From NCBI GenBank assembly GCA_002256025.1, contig NKIB01012851.1, positions 1 to 64,000 of the forward strand: a stretch of DNA of 64,000 nt, given 5' to 3'. The DNA is from Asterionella formosa. Taxonomy: Eukaryota. Below the pieces are notes generated by a model. The model was not told the origin of the DNA. It did not search any database and saw only the letters and a program-made list of their open reading frames with translations. Both the position numbers and the translations under genes were made by a program. Of this stretch, positions 1 to 12,555 are shown in pieces (the first letter of the stretch is position 1; each line of letters begins with the position of its first letter).

Positions 1-225
1 AAGATATCAAGTTCAAGAAGATCAATGCAGACAGAGATATGACGTGATGCTGGCTAAGGCAGTTGATGCTCTGATAAGGGAACGAATTCAGAAACACAAA
101 ATTGAATCTTTTTCCAAATCATACATGGAAGAAAAAGAATTTCTTTATAAAATCATCGAAAACAATCCAGAAGGTAGCTAGCTACTTTTTTGAAGAGTCG
201 GCATGTGAAATGTGTAGAGTTATTA

Positions 226-1026
226 CCGTAAAACCTGGTGTCTCGTATCCCCCCAGATACCTGTACCCCCCTTCGTACATCTGGCACAACACCCCCAAAT
301 ATTTTATGTCTACAGAAAAAATAACAGCATATTATTGTATTCTAGCTATTTATTAATGAATTTACTATAATTGTATTCTTACCGGTCACCATCATGAAAC
401 AACAATCAACAACAACACGAGCGATGCCAATGACATTTGCGATGGCGATATCCTTGTCCTGAGATCTATTTCAAAAGTCGAAGCTGCAACTTGCATGCTT
501 GTTGTGGAGCGATTATCAAGCTGAATGCTAAAGGCTCAGGCAGTTCTGGCCTTGATGTTGTCGGCTTGCCGGAAGTGTTCACAGAATCATTTCGTCTGCT
601 GCCTCATGATGCAGAAATATTTCGTGCATGTCATGATTCTGGTCGAATAATCATATAAGTGATGTGGTTGGCTTATATTAATTTCCATCACGATCCAAGT
701 CGTAGAGTCTACACAAGTTAATACCGTTGTAGGATTAGGTACAAATGGGTACACACACTTGGAATTACTATTGATGCCATCACAAAACTCGGGCGCACCG
801 GTGCACCAAAAACAGAAATTGTATTGATCATAGAAACTGTTTGAACCTACAACTAAATATCTTTTAATATTGCTATTTACGTTTTAGACTACGGAGAAAA
901 CGGTGGTGAAGTTGGTTTGCTCGCAGTGTTGGATTATCAAAAAAGGTCCGATGTCTTGTACTCCCCTCTAAGTAAAATCAGTCGTGGCTGTGTACATTGA
1001 GGGGTACGAGACACCAGGTTTTACGG
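226..1026. mobile_element. Non-autonomous TIR DNA transposon (MITE), Tc1/mariner/pogo-like
   Basis: Perfect 22-bp TIR CCGTAAAACCTGGTGTCTCGTA (226-247) and its reverse complement (1005-1026); TA on the left flank, GTA on the right; no long ORF inside. Confidence 0.8.
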
Positions 1027-1776
1027 GTATATGCAAATGTATAGCCCTTTTTCAACAAGGCAACCATTATGTAATAAATACCCGTTGCTGGCTAAGTAAC
1101 TACCAGTATTACAAGTACGAGGCTGTACCAGGCGCTGATTTACCAGTTCCTTCCTGCGGCAACCGCTACATGAGTGGATTGTAAGATCCATGGTAAATAC
1201 AAAGTACCCGAGGTTGTCAAATCATAGAAACAGAAACCACGACAAATCATCAAGGAGTGAGGCAAGAAGAGGAGCGAATCAAAATCGTTGGTTCAGGTCC
1301 ACGTAGACTGCGTCATTCGTTGAAAACCAAGCAATTAACTGTGGGTGTGTGGCTCCCGCCTCTTTAATATGGTTCTCCGGGTCATCTGCATAGGCCATCA
1401 CACGAGGAAGATTCAACCAAGATGACGTTCAAGAAGTGCATGTCTGCGTGATACGACACAGTGCTGCTAAATGCGTGTGTGTGGAGGAATAATACGTATG
1501 TACTGAGTGAGCAGGATATCGTAGCCTCCACCTGTTTTCCTGTCGTTCATATTATATTCCATTTTTAGTCCTCCAACAACAAGGAATTACAGGTCGTCTA
1601 TTTTTGTTGGAAAATAAAGAAAGGATGAGGTTTACGACTACTGCTGCGCTATGTCTGCTGACTGCTCCAACGGTATGTGCTTTATCGAAGTGATCTTCTT
1701 TCCAATCCATAATGCGCCTTTATCGGATGGAAATCGCTCAAACCCATCACAAGAAGACTCAACGGCGAACAACCAA

Positions 1777-4359
1777 ATGTGGATCGCGTGTGTGTGTTTC
1801 ATGACTATCTTGGCGAGCAGAGAGGTTGGAGCGTTCCATGCAATAGATCGCTTTGCATTCCTGCTGCTCTTGCCAATCTCTGGCGATGTAAACACGCACC
1901 CCACCAGCAATGTCTCGTGACGCTGTAATTCTAGATCATGGTCTTTCTGGATTTCCCTCGACTCCTTCGATTCTCACACTGGTTTCTCCCTTAAATTAAC
2001 TTCAACAACCGGGTTTTACTTGGATATGCAGGCCTTGTGTTTTACCCCTTCACTCCATGCATTCGCTCGAACAAGAACGGCCCTCCATGTCGATGGAGCG
2101 AACAACATTCCAGGACCTCCCTATTCGGGTCCTGCTGTCAAGCCTATTTTGGATTCGATCCAAACACCAGCAGATATGAAGCGCTTGGATATGCGACAAC
2201 TGAAGCAGGTACGTTTCTTTGTCTCTTTTTGAAGATCATTAGGCTGTTTGGCACTGAAATAATGCAACCACACGCACACTCACAACTCACTCCATCCCCA
2301 AACCAAAAACACGTACAGCTTGCCAATGAATTGCGATGGGAAACCCTGGAGTCAGTGTCTAAAACCGGAGGTCACCTTTCATCCTCACTCGGAGTCAATG
2401 AACTCACTGTAGCCCTTCACTACGTATTCGACATGCCAGAAGACGATATCATTTGGGATGTATCTCATCAATGCTACCCCCACAAGATTTTGACTGGAAG
2501 ACGAGAGGCCATGACTGGCCTTCGCCAATTGGGAGGAATATCGGGATTCTGCAAGCGTAGCGAGAGCATCTATGATTCATTTGGAGCTGGCCATTCCTCC
2601 ACTTCCATTTCTGTAGCCCAGGGAATGAGTATCGCGAAATCAATGCTAAATAAAAGGCGCAACAACTGCATTGCTGTGATTGGTGATGGAGCCATTACTG
2701 GAGGAATGGCATACGAAGCCATGAACAGTGCTGGATACTTGAATTCACGTATGATTGTTGTCTTGAATGACAATGGTCAAGTCAGCCTTCCCACCGGAAC
2801 TCCCAGTGCTGGAGGAACTGTCCCTGCATCCCAGCTTTCGACCTATACGTCCAACTTGTTGGTGTCGAAGCCATTTCAAGACTTCCGGTCCTTTGCCAAG
2901 GAGTTTAACAAACTCCTTCCTACGGAGCTTCAGGGCCTCAACAAGCGTATTGATGAATACGCTCGTGGAATCGTTTCAGGTGGTACCTTGTTTGAAGAGC
3001 TTGGCTTTTATTACGTTGGCCCTGTTGATGGACATGATTTGGACAATCTCATTCCTATTCTAGAGAAACTTCGGGACAGTCCAAACAACAAGCCTGTTCT
3101 TCTTCATTTGAAGACAACCAAGGGATATGGATACCCTCCTGCGTTGGCAGCAAGTGATAGAATGCATGGCGTGGGCAAGTTTAATCTCGGAACCGGTGCT
3201 CAGCTCAAATCCAAGCCAACGGCGCCAAGTTTGACTTCAATCTTCGCCAATTCCCTAATTGACTGTTCCACTGAAGACAGAACCATTGTTGGAATTACTG
3301 CTGCCATGCCAGGTGGTACAGGAATGGATATTTATGGTCGTCGATTCCCCAAGCGAACGTTTGATGTTGGTATTGCCGAGCAGCACGCTGTTACCATGGC
3401 AGCTGGTATGGCATGCGAGGGACTCAAACCTTTTGTTTGCATTTATTCCACCTTTATGCAACGTGGATATGATCAAGTTGTTCACGATGTTGCCATTCAG
3501 AATCTTCCTGTTCGTATGATTCTAGATCGAGCAGGTCTTGTTGGTAACGATGGACCTACGCATCATGGATGTTATGATTTGGCCTATTTAGGATGCATCC
3601 CTAATTTAGTCATTATGTCTCCCAGTGATGAAATTGAATTGAGGAACATGGTGTCCACTTGTGCTGCCTGTGATACTTCCCCCACAGTACTTCGTTATCC
3701 TCGTGGAACTGGCTATGGTGCAGAGAAACTCAAGAGTTTATTTGGGTACAAATTGGTAAATGACGAGATCCCAACCAAGGGTAAGTTGGCGTTTTGTAGG
3801 AGTTCCATTGGTCATGTTTAATTTGTTTCTTCAGTGACTCGTGTATACTCAAAATTTAATGTTCATTTCTTCAGGTGAAGTCCTTCCTATTGGAAAGGGG
3901 CGCATTGTGCGCCAACCAGACAATTCTCGTGGAAAGTCCAAAAAGGATCGTGTCGCCATTTTGTCGTTTGGTACTCGCCTCCATGAATCCCTCGTTGCTG
4001 CGAAGGAAGTGGAAGATACAGACCCAACACTTGGGGTTACTGTTGCCGATGCCCGGTTTATGAAGCCTCTTGATGTAGATCTGGTTCGTCAACTTGCCGA
4101 AAACCACTCTGTCTTGATCACTATTGAAGAAGGTAGCATTGGTGGATTCGGTTCACACGTTCTTCATTTCTTATCCTTGGATGGTTTAATGGACGATGGT
4201 GATTTGAAATTTAGATCCATGGTCATTCCTGATACATTATTTGAAGCTGCTAGTCAATATGAGCAATATGAGCAAGCTGGATTGAACTCGGAGCACATTC
4301 GTGGTACCATCCTTCGACTGACAAAACGATTGAAGGTTCCAATTCTGGAAGAAGCATAA
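1777..4359 (+). CDS. DXS: 1-deoxy-D-xylulose-5-phosphate synthase, plastid-targeted; proposed exons 1777-1824, 2032-2208, 2319-3780, 3875-4359
   Basis: Motifs [62 protein letters not shown] introns restore the frame. The inferred first exon gives a signal peptide followed by ALC-FTPSL (ASAFAP-like); this exon is less certain than the rest. Confidence 0.93.
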
Positions 4360-4958
4360 ACCAGGAAAAATGATACATAAAGCGCTGTATAAATAAACTA
4401 TTTCATGTTTCCTTTCTATTTTGAGCAGTATTCATGTTTCATGAATCATTAGCTTTCAGGAATGAAATAGCTATTATTACTCTTTTAGATGTGGAAATGA
4501 AGTGTGATTTTTAAGTTATATGGGTTTTGTGTGACTAACACAAAAAGGAAGCTTGTTGATACAAAGCCCAAATATTATCATACTACCGGTACTTCTCTTC
4601 AAACGTGAAATATTGCAATCGAGACTTCATTTCCCATCCTCTGAGGACACCCAAGTAATGTGTATAGCTATTTCCCTGTAGACACAGAAAATGTTATGAT
4701 ACTTTTGTTGAATGAATCACGAGACTTTCATTCCCTGGTCACATTTTCACGAAAAGTACCCGGGATTTTCATATTCGACGTCCAGTCAACACGAGGAAAA
4801 CATCGGAATCAATGACGTTTGCTTGTTGGAATATGATGCATGAATTCAGACTGAATATTTCATGCCCAGAAACGATCCTCTTGACTACATGTCGGCAACA
4901 GGCTACATTAAGTTTCTAATTTCTTGTAAGCAACCCTAAATTCGAAAGATTTACTTCA

Positions 4959-6218
4959 TTAGTGATACTTAATGTCAAGGACCTGTTGATTGAATGCTCG
5001 GCCATCTTGTCGAGTGATGTCGTAGATGGCACCAAAGTGTTGATAGGAAACATACATGTGCTTGCCGTCTGGAGAAAACGCAAGACCTGTTGTCTCCTCG
5101 TAGGTCAATGTTACTGGAACACCATTTGATATCGTACCATTGAAGAGTCCACTGATGATTGTAAAGAAATAACCGCTGCTGTTCCGAGCGTGCACACCAG
5201 GGAACGAATCTCCGTCCTCGCAAAAATAAAGAAGACTGTTGGTATCGTTAGTGAGTAACCGTGCTAGCTGGTCAGGTTGATCATTGAACGCTCCATTCTT
5301 GGTGGAACTGTAGGTATAGGTCTTCCTTCTGAGGTCAAGGATGATCAATCTCTTTAGTGCCTTGGAGACAAAGAATAATGTACCATTTACAACATCAATG
5401 CCTTCATTGTTCAAATAGTACTTTTTCGCATTGGCGGCAGCGGTCTTTAAATTTGTTGTCCAACTAAACGTCCCATTTGCGCCACCCGACAGAACCAGAT
5501 AATCACGAGTGCCGCTATCAAGTGTACACCATCGGTCGCTGTCTATTGTCTTTCGATAGCACGCCATTCCTGCCGCGTCGGGAGTAAATCTCGTCAAAAC
5601 ACCATCCGAGGAATCACGTGTCACATAAAAGGTTGGAATGGCCTTTCCAATATCGAAAGCGAAGCTCTCGTAAAATCCTAGAGTACCCATGGCCGATACC
5701 TTCTGAGGCTTTACTCCCGTTGGATCGACTTGCCAGACCTTGCCTCCATTGAATTCTTCGCAGCTCATCCACGAGTTCCAAGGTGTCCTTCCGCCGCTAC
5801 AAGTCCATTTAAGGGAACTAGCAATTCTTTGGTAACCAATGACATTTCCTTGATTATCGAATTCAATGGCCCCCACGCCGCTGCTATTCCAGGTAGTTCC
5901 AACAGTACCAGTTTCGGAGTTGCTAACATAGTACCAGCCACCAAGCGGCTTGGAAAAAGTGGCAGCTCCATCAGGGTTAATATGAAAGCGAATACCTGAG
6001 AGACCACCAGTAGTGTAATTTACAAAATTTCCGGCTAGGGCAATTCGTTTAGCAGCGAGGCCATTGGAGAGAAGAATCAGATTATCAAGAGAGCGCAGCT
6101 TCTCAGAGAAATTGCCTGGATCAAATGAAATTGGCGGATCAGGTGGCACTGTCGCCACTGACACAATGGGTGTGATCGAAATCATTGAGAGAATCAAAAG
6201 ACAGAAGAGGTACGACAT
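4959..6218 (-). CDS. phoX: Secreted PhoX/DUF839-type alkaline phosphatase
   Basis: Signal peptide; motifs PDGAATF, YVSNSE, CSGGRTPWNSWMSCEE, PDQL, CEDG, ETTGLAFSPDG; intronless. Confidence 0.82.
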   Translation of the reverse strand: MSYLFCLLILSMISITPIVSVATVPPDPPISFDPGNFSEKLRSLDNLILLSNGLAAKRIALAGNFVNYTTGGLSGIRFHINPDGAATFSKPLGGWYYVSNSETGTVGTTWNSSGVGAIEFDNQGNVIGYQRIASSLKWTCSGGRTPWNSWMSCEEFNGGKVWQVDPTGVKPQKVSAMGTLGFYESFAFDIGKAIPTFYVTRDSSDGVLTRFTPDAAGMACYRKTIDSDRWCTLDSGTRDYLVLSGGANGTFSWTTNLKTAAANAKKYYLNNEGIDVVNGTLFFVSKALKRLIILDLRRKTYTYSSTKNGAFNDQPDQLARLLTNDTNSLLYFCEDGDSFPGVHARNSSGYFFTIISGLFNGTISNGVPVTLTYEETTGLAFSPDGKHMYVSYQHFGAIYDITRQDGRAFNQQVLDIKYH

Positions 6219-6479
6219 GTTTGCTTATTGTCAATTCAAAGGATCTCAGCAACAAGATTGTGAGCCGGCAAGCAAAATTCAATGCAAGGCGGAACAAGGT
6301 GACCGGGTTGGCAGCGCGACATGTGCACCGGCAGGCATCAGTTCACTTTCTACCTTAGCTACAAAGTACCGGTACCAGTACTCTGCCACCATGATTCTAC
6401 GTAGCTCCAGCAGACAATCACAATCATCGGTATTTGACAAATGATCGAACTGCCGATAATCAAGACGAACACGATGAAG

Positions 6480-6507
6480 CTACGGTACCTGGTACCAGGT
6501 ACCGTAG
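6480..6507. repeat. Perfect 28-bp palindrome CTACGGTACCTGGTACCAGGTACCGTAG
   Basis: The sequence equals its own reverse complement and is built from TA-delimited CGG/CCTGG/CCAGG/CCG units. Confidence 0.9.
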
Positions 6508-6743
6508 TTATTTTCGTTTGAAGTTATCACCCTGGTAACCAAGATTGAACGATCACCTTGACAGCGTACCGGTATTCCCTGACGATTGTCCGTCAGCTGC
6601 TTGGTACAAGATAATCCTGTACTGTGTACATGAATAATTTTTCTTGAGTTCAAGTGTGTTTGAAAGAAATTTGAAACATGCATCATCACGTGATTGCCCC
6701 ATCATTTCATTGCTGCATCATGACTTGATGGCTGCTCCCTTAA

Positions 6744-7261
6744 GATTCCTGCATTTGAACCCCTAGATCGAGGTTGAGTCAGACTAGTCAAACACGTACT
6801 TTTCATTTATAAAATAAATATGTATAATGCTCAATGGAGCTTTGACCATCAAGCACCCTTTCCATCTGCTTACATAGTACAGTCTTCGGATAAAGTAGGG
6901 GTGTAACTCCACTCTATATATTGTCAGGATATAGATCCGGCAAGAAACTGTAGAAATGAGCTTCTTTTTCTACTATTTTAAAAAATTTGGGGGAAATCCA
7001 TTTATTTGGTATAGTAAGAAAACCGAAGTGCAGCCTTTGTGCACTTTGATGCTATTTGAAGGTTACCTATGTATTGAAATCGCCTTCGCTCAGACCCAGT
7101 CAACGTTGAGCCATTGTCGCCCAAAAATTTCCACTGACTTGAATATATCAAACGGAATCATCAATATTCAAAATTGGGGTGTAAAAGTTCTTAGTTCCAG
7201 GGAGTTTTGGCAAACCTAAGCAATATTTTAATTTTTGCCTAGGGGTTCAAATGCAGGAACC
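6744..7261 (-). mobile_element. Non-autonomous TIR element, 518-bp internally deleted and inverted relative of 47542-48738
   Basis: TIR G(A/G)TTCCTGCATTTGAACCCCTAG at both ends; TTAA left, TTTA right; subterminal sequences align with both ends of the 47.5-48.7 kb copy. Confidence 0.85.
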
Positions 7262-9089
7262 TTTATCATCCTCTTGGTAAATGATTTTTGCACCTTGCAG
7301 GCCTTGCACAAAGTCATTGAGTGGTTGATATAGGACTAAATGCACAATCTAAACAAGTTGAGTAGTACCGAATTTTTCCAAGATTTGCTATTTATTTATT
7401 ACCCTTCTCTTCTTCGAACAAAACTCTTCAAGCTCAACGAAATTGGAATTTGATTTATAATAATCTGTCGCTCAGCAAACCGAAGTATAACTTTGCTTTA
7501 CACATGAGTTACTATTCTTTGTTATGTTTATGAATCCTTTTGTTATCATTATTGATTCATCCAACAACACAATAATATGTGGTGCTCGTTTTAACAAGTT
7601 AATGCTAATCAAATCGTATTACATTTTTCGAATGGAACTGGCCGTCAGTGGACCGAATTTCGAATACAACATGAAGTAATAAACTTCGTCATGATGATGG
7701 AATTTCCCAACCAATCAAAATAGTATATTTTTATTTTTTGAATTATTTTATGTAAATGGAATTGTTTGATTGATATGACCTCTCAGCAGACTGACACAAA
7801 TTCTAGCTTTCAATAGGAATTACTTAGATCATCCAACTCTACAAAGCCGTTTACGATCTAGTAGACTCAAATCAAATTAGTTTTTTGGTTCAAATCTTAG
7901 CGGAACCAAATCATTTTTCGGTTTCCTTACTTCATCTTATGCTGATGATAGATTATTCCGCAAAACAAGCTGTACGTAGTATGCACTTGATGAGTTAGCT
8001 ACAAGTCAACGCAAACCTGACCGAATTGTTTGGTTTCGGATCTTTAATGCTGAGGGGGCGGATCCTAATCGAGTTTTTACACTTCTGTGAATTATTCTTC
8101 GTTGTTATGACAATACGGTACTTCTTCGAAAAATCATGATTCACATACTAGAATTCACTTTTTACCTGATCAATCAGTGATCTCCTTATAAATTGTCGCT
8201 TTGCTTCCAAATGAATTCTTCTTGCTCATTGTTAAGATAGATTTATTCAACAACTAAAAACACAGCAGTGCTGGTCCTTTTTCATACAAGTCGGTGCAAA
8301 TCATAGTAATTTTCGAGTTGAACTGGTAGCAGCCAGACTCAAACCGACTTTTGTTTTGCGTTTAAATTAATGGGCGAGCTCTGATATTAAAAAATTATTT
8401 TTTCATGTGTTTTATAACAAAAATCATTGTACCCATAACCCTAAAATTTTTGTTAGTGTTGACCAAATTTTGACAGTTATAAAAACAGTGTATAATATAA
8501 GTAGATATTTAGAGATGAATGACTACATATAATTTCCTGCAACATTTCAAGGCCTGCTTGCTCATACTACCCAAAATGATTTGCTCTTACCAAAAAAGAA
8601 GTCGCTGTGCATATACATATACACATCAATCATCCTAAAGGTACTACCGGTATCATCAATCGTCTGCTTACAGTTTTGATATGCTCATGACTTCTTGCTC
8701 ACAATCTAGATCCTGAAATACAAGCTTAGTGGTTGCAGCCACTATCGATTCATGTGCATGTCTGCACTGATTGATGACTAGTATAAGGCGAAATGAAGAC
8801 ACTGAGCGCATTATATCATTCTATACATTTGTTTGTTAGCTTTAATGTCACTACATTCTTGTCAACACTGCAATAAACTATAAGACATTTGCTGTGCTTG
8901 TAAATGAAGATATCGTGTCCACTAGAGACCTTTGTTATTGTAGCATCCTTTGTACAATGATGGCATCCGCATGGAACTTATTTTCCGGACAAAACACAGT
9001 CCTCTGAATTTCTCTGTTGGTAACTCATCGCTCGTCTCCATCTACAAGCTGCAATATATTTGGATTTGCTGCCAATTTCTCTCGCAGCT

Positions 9090-9325
9090 ATTGAAATTGA
9101 TTTTCAATTTCATCAAAACTGGATTGATTTCACCTCCGTCCCCATGGGAATTGAAACAATCTTGTCGTTGAAAGTCGGGAATAAGGTGGCTGGGCTTGCT
9201 GCCAATCGATCTCGCCTTTGATGAAATTGATTTTTAATATCTTCGAAAACTTGATTGATTTCACCTCCACTCCTATGGGGATTGATAATAACTTGCCTTT
9301 GAAAAGCGGGAATAGGTTGGGCTCA
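9090..9325. repeat. Degenerate tandem duplication, unit about 130 bp
   Basis: TGAAATTGATTTT...GATTGATTTCACCTCC...GGGAATA occurs twice. Confidence 0.6.
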
Positions 9326-9529
9326 GTCCATAGCATGGGCAAACAAAAACAAGTTCCTCTGACTGTCGACATTTTGGAGTGAATAGTCACTCTTGAAGGG
9401 CAATAACTCGTTGTGAAAATTCTGCTGGCTTGATTTGAGGATCAAAGGCTTGCTTCTTGAGAATGGCATAATCCTTGTCATCAGGAGATGAGAGGTAAGC
9501 CGACATGCTGGTCGGTGACTGGCACTGAT

Positions 9530-10670
9530 GAAATTATGAAACTCATGTGGAAAATGAACAAGAGGCCGCATAAGACGAAAAAGTACTTTGCTTGGCGGCT
9601 ATGAAACAATAACTGTTATAAATTAAAGTTAAATTGATATTAAATGTCAGATAACTAATCTAAAATATCTTGATTATCAGAGCGCGACGACGTTAAAATG
9701 TAGCAAATCGCCAAAATAATTTGTGTTATAGCACACACATGATATAATAATTTTGTATTATCAGCAGAAAGCGCCCATTTAGCGGCAGTCTTGTCATGAT
9801 GATTGAATTACTACCTAGTAAATCAAAACACAAGTTAAATCTTAGCATGACCAAACTGAATTTGATTTCGATCTGCATTGCTTGCTATTCCTGGTCATGA
9901 TGGGAGATCATATCCAACACCTCGGAAAAGCATCATGTTGGTACCTACCAGTTGCAACTACTAGCTCAAAAGTCAAGACTGAAGTAACATAGTCGTGCAT
10001 TGAGTACTATGTATACCGGTTGAACCTTGGACAACTATGTACGATTTCATACATGCATTACTTACTGGTATGTTGTTATGTTATCCTCAATTCAAACATC
10101 AAGTGAGTCATACAAGAAATGGATTCTGGATTTCGGCTTGTGGTTTACTGGTCTGTTGAATTCATCTTAGTGAAAAGATTTGGAGGGCAATACCAACTTG
10201 TGAAAGTTCTTTCAAGTCCAGCATGTATCCAGCTTCCCTGATTTGATCAATGACTTGTTCAGTGAATCTGAAATTTTATATGTATCTCTGTAATGCTTTG
10301 CGTTCACTAATGGAATCATTGTCATCATCAGGAGAGCCAATGTGGTCAGTGACTGACAATTGTGAAATTTTGGAATTCATGTATACGCTCACAGTGAACA
10401 AGAGGCGGCATAACACACATGAGGATGCATAGTTATGAAACTATAACTGTTGATTGTCAGAATGAAATGCTTGCCTAGAAATAGGGGAGTACAAATGGGC
10501 TATAAAACATACTATCTTTTAAATATATCTTTTTTATATATATTTAATGTCAGATAAGCAATCTAAAGTATCTCAATTGTCAAAACGCAATGACGATATT
10601 ATGCATCAAATCGCCTAAATAATTTGTGTTAAAATACACACATGGTATAATATTGTTTTATTATGGCATC
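9530..10670. repeat. Diverged direct repeat pair (about 9530-9770 and 10365-10670); the second copy is interrupted by a SINE tail
   Basis: Shared blocks GAACAAGAGGC, TATGAAAC.ATAACTGTT, AATGTCAGATAA, CAAATCGCC.AAATAATTTGTGTTA. Confidence 0.7.
10455..10520 (+). mobile_element. 5'-truncated SINE 3' end
   Basis: AATGAAATGCTTGCC...GGGGAGTACAAATGGGCTATAAAACA matches the 3' end of the four minus-strand SINE copies. Confidence 0.7.
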
Positions 10671-10674
10671 AGAG

Positions 10675-10997
10675 TACTCCCCTATTTATAGGCAAATATT
10701 TCATTGTGCTACCTGCCAACAAGACCTGTGCTTCCCTTGTTTTGTTATTGTAGGTGAGTCCCCAACCACCTTCTGCAAAAGGTGATCATTTTAGCCGCAG
10801 CATTAGGGAAACACTGACCTCCTAGGAAGGCGGCACAAGCTACTTGTAGGGGGGCAACCAACTATAGCAGGCAAGACTGCGCAGCACGGTAAGGAGTGTG
10901 GGATTCAAACCCAACAATTGCTTCTCAAAAAATCGCGGGAATCGAACCTTACAACCTCAGATCGAAGGCAACGTGCTAAACCACTAAGCCATTCCCT
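10675..10997 (-). mobile_element. tRNA-derived SINE, copy A
   Basis: Minus-strand head with A box TGGCTTAGTGG (10981-10991) and B box GGTTCGATTCC (10938-10948); body shared with three other copies. Confidence 0.8.
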
Positions 10998-11884
10998 TTT
11001 AAATATTCATGGCAATGCATCCTCTTGCAATTTCTCACCTAATGACGAAATTCGTTGCTCATATTTCAATGCACCTGGTGTTGTCCATGACTCCACCATG
11101 GCAATTTGGTCATCGATCTATGAACAGATTGAAACAGTTTACAGGGATGCATGTAAAAAAGTAGAGTAGTTTGGATTCAGCATTTGCATCTAAGAAATCA
11201 AATGCAATGCTGAAATTGCATCAAAATAACGTTGATACAAATGGTTTTCATCCTCAATAAAGATTTTATGTGAATTGTGAAGTCACCTCAATCTGGCAGC
11301 TGTCGGAATGGGGAGTGCGATGTCTTCAGGGATCATTTCCGAAAATCAAAGACAAATTTCTTTACAAAGAAAAAGGTAAGATAAAATTAATAATTAATAC
11401 TCCAAAGGATTGAATTGCTCTACAACTTTTGGGCAAGCAACGTTGGTCAGAACCAAATTGCTTCAGTGTACATGCCCTATTTGATAGGAATGCTAATAGA
11501 TATAACATGTAATTCATAGAATTTAGTTATTCATGATAATAACCATCACTTCTTTCATAATTATATTAGAATGAATTATTTTGAGGTTATTCACTGTCAC
11601 TGCTACTATCACAGCACAGTTTTATTTTTTGGTGTTTGACATTCAGTTGAGGCAGATGATATTTGTTGTGAATTGAAACCTGCTGTTGAGGTTTGATTTT
11701 GGCTTTGCTTTGTTTGCTTTGTTGACATCATGTTCGCCTGATTGGTGGGTTTAGTACTGGCAGTTGAGGTGGTTGTTTGAGATACCCAACAATTCAACAT
11801 GGATGACGTGATCTTAGATTGCTTCTGGAGCAAAAAGATCTGCTTCCATATCCAGTCTGGATATGGAAGCAGTTCCTGTTAGGA

Positions 11885-12450
11885 GGTAGCTCAGTTTGTT
11901 TGCCACATGAGGGACAACAGGAACAATTCTCTCACCTCCAAGCTGGTACATAAACCCAACAATCAACCAGTCTGATTTTGTGAGACATCAAAGAATACAA
12001 ACAAGATGATGACAACAAGGCTTATCTTGCATTGTTCCCTGTGGATATGTACTAACCAGCTTTACCGTGTTGTTCTCAGAAGAGGGTAAGTCAAGAACTA
12101 AGGTTTCTATATGAGAATATGAGTGATGAATCTCCAAAATTATGAAATTGCTGCGATTTGCAATTTTCGACGTCTACATCTCTTGGAGAATCTCGGCAGC
12201 ATTCCAGACTTAATGATGAGAAAATTTAAGTCTGGAATGCTGCCAAGATTCTCCAAGAGATGTGAAGATGTTGAAAATCGAAATGACAGCAATTGACCTC
12301 TTATTTCAATTTGGTTGATTGGGAATAATGAAAACTATTTTAATTCAGCTAGGAATACACAGGACTAAATAGGATTCTTTTTACAATGGTTTTAATTGCC
12401 GAGTTTAGCAACGCATGTTGGAAGCACAAATGGCTGCATGTGATACCATG
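11885..12450. repeat. Dispersed repeat homologous to about 51105-51710, containing a long hairpin at 12176-12263
   Basis: Shared TGTTTGCCACATGAGGGACAA, AGGTTTCTATATGAGAATAT, GATGAATCTCC.AAATTATGAAATTGC, GAAGATGTTGAAA. Confidence 0.8.
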
Positions 12451-12555
12451 AATTAATAATGTTTCATTGGATATGACCCAGGATATAACTCATGATCCAT
12501 CAGAACTAAAATTTCTTTTGCTATATAAGAGGATATGTACTATTTCATCTGTCTA

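Noticed and set aside
2037..2318. ORF-track N-terminus of DXS
   Set aside because: It reads through an intron; the spliced model restores the conserved N-terminus
10930..10997. tRNA gene
   Set aside because: A and B boxes are present, but there is no complete cloverleaf and the sequence is the head of a dispersed repeat of about 350 bp
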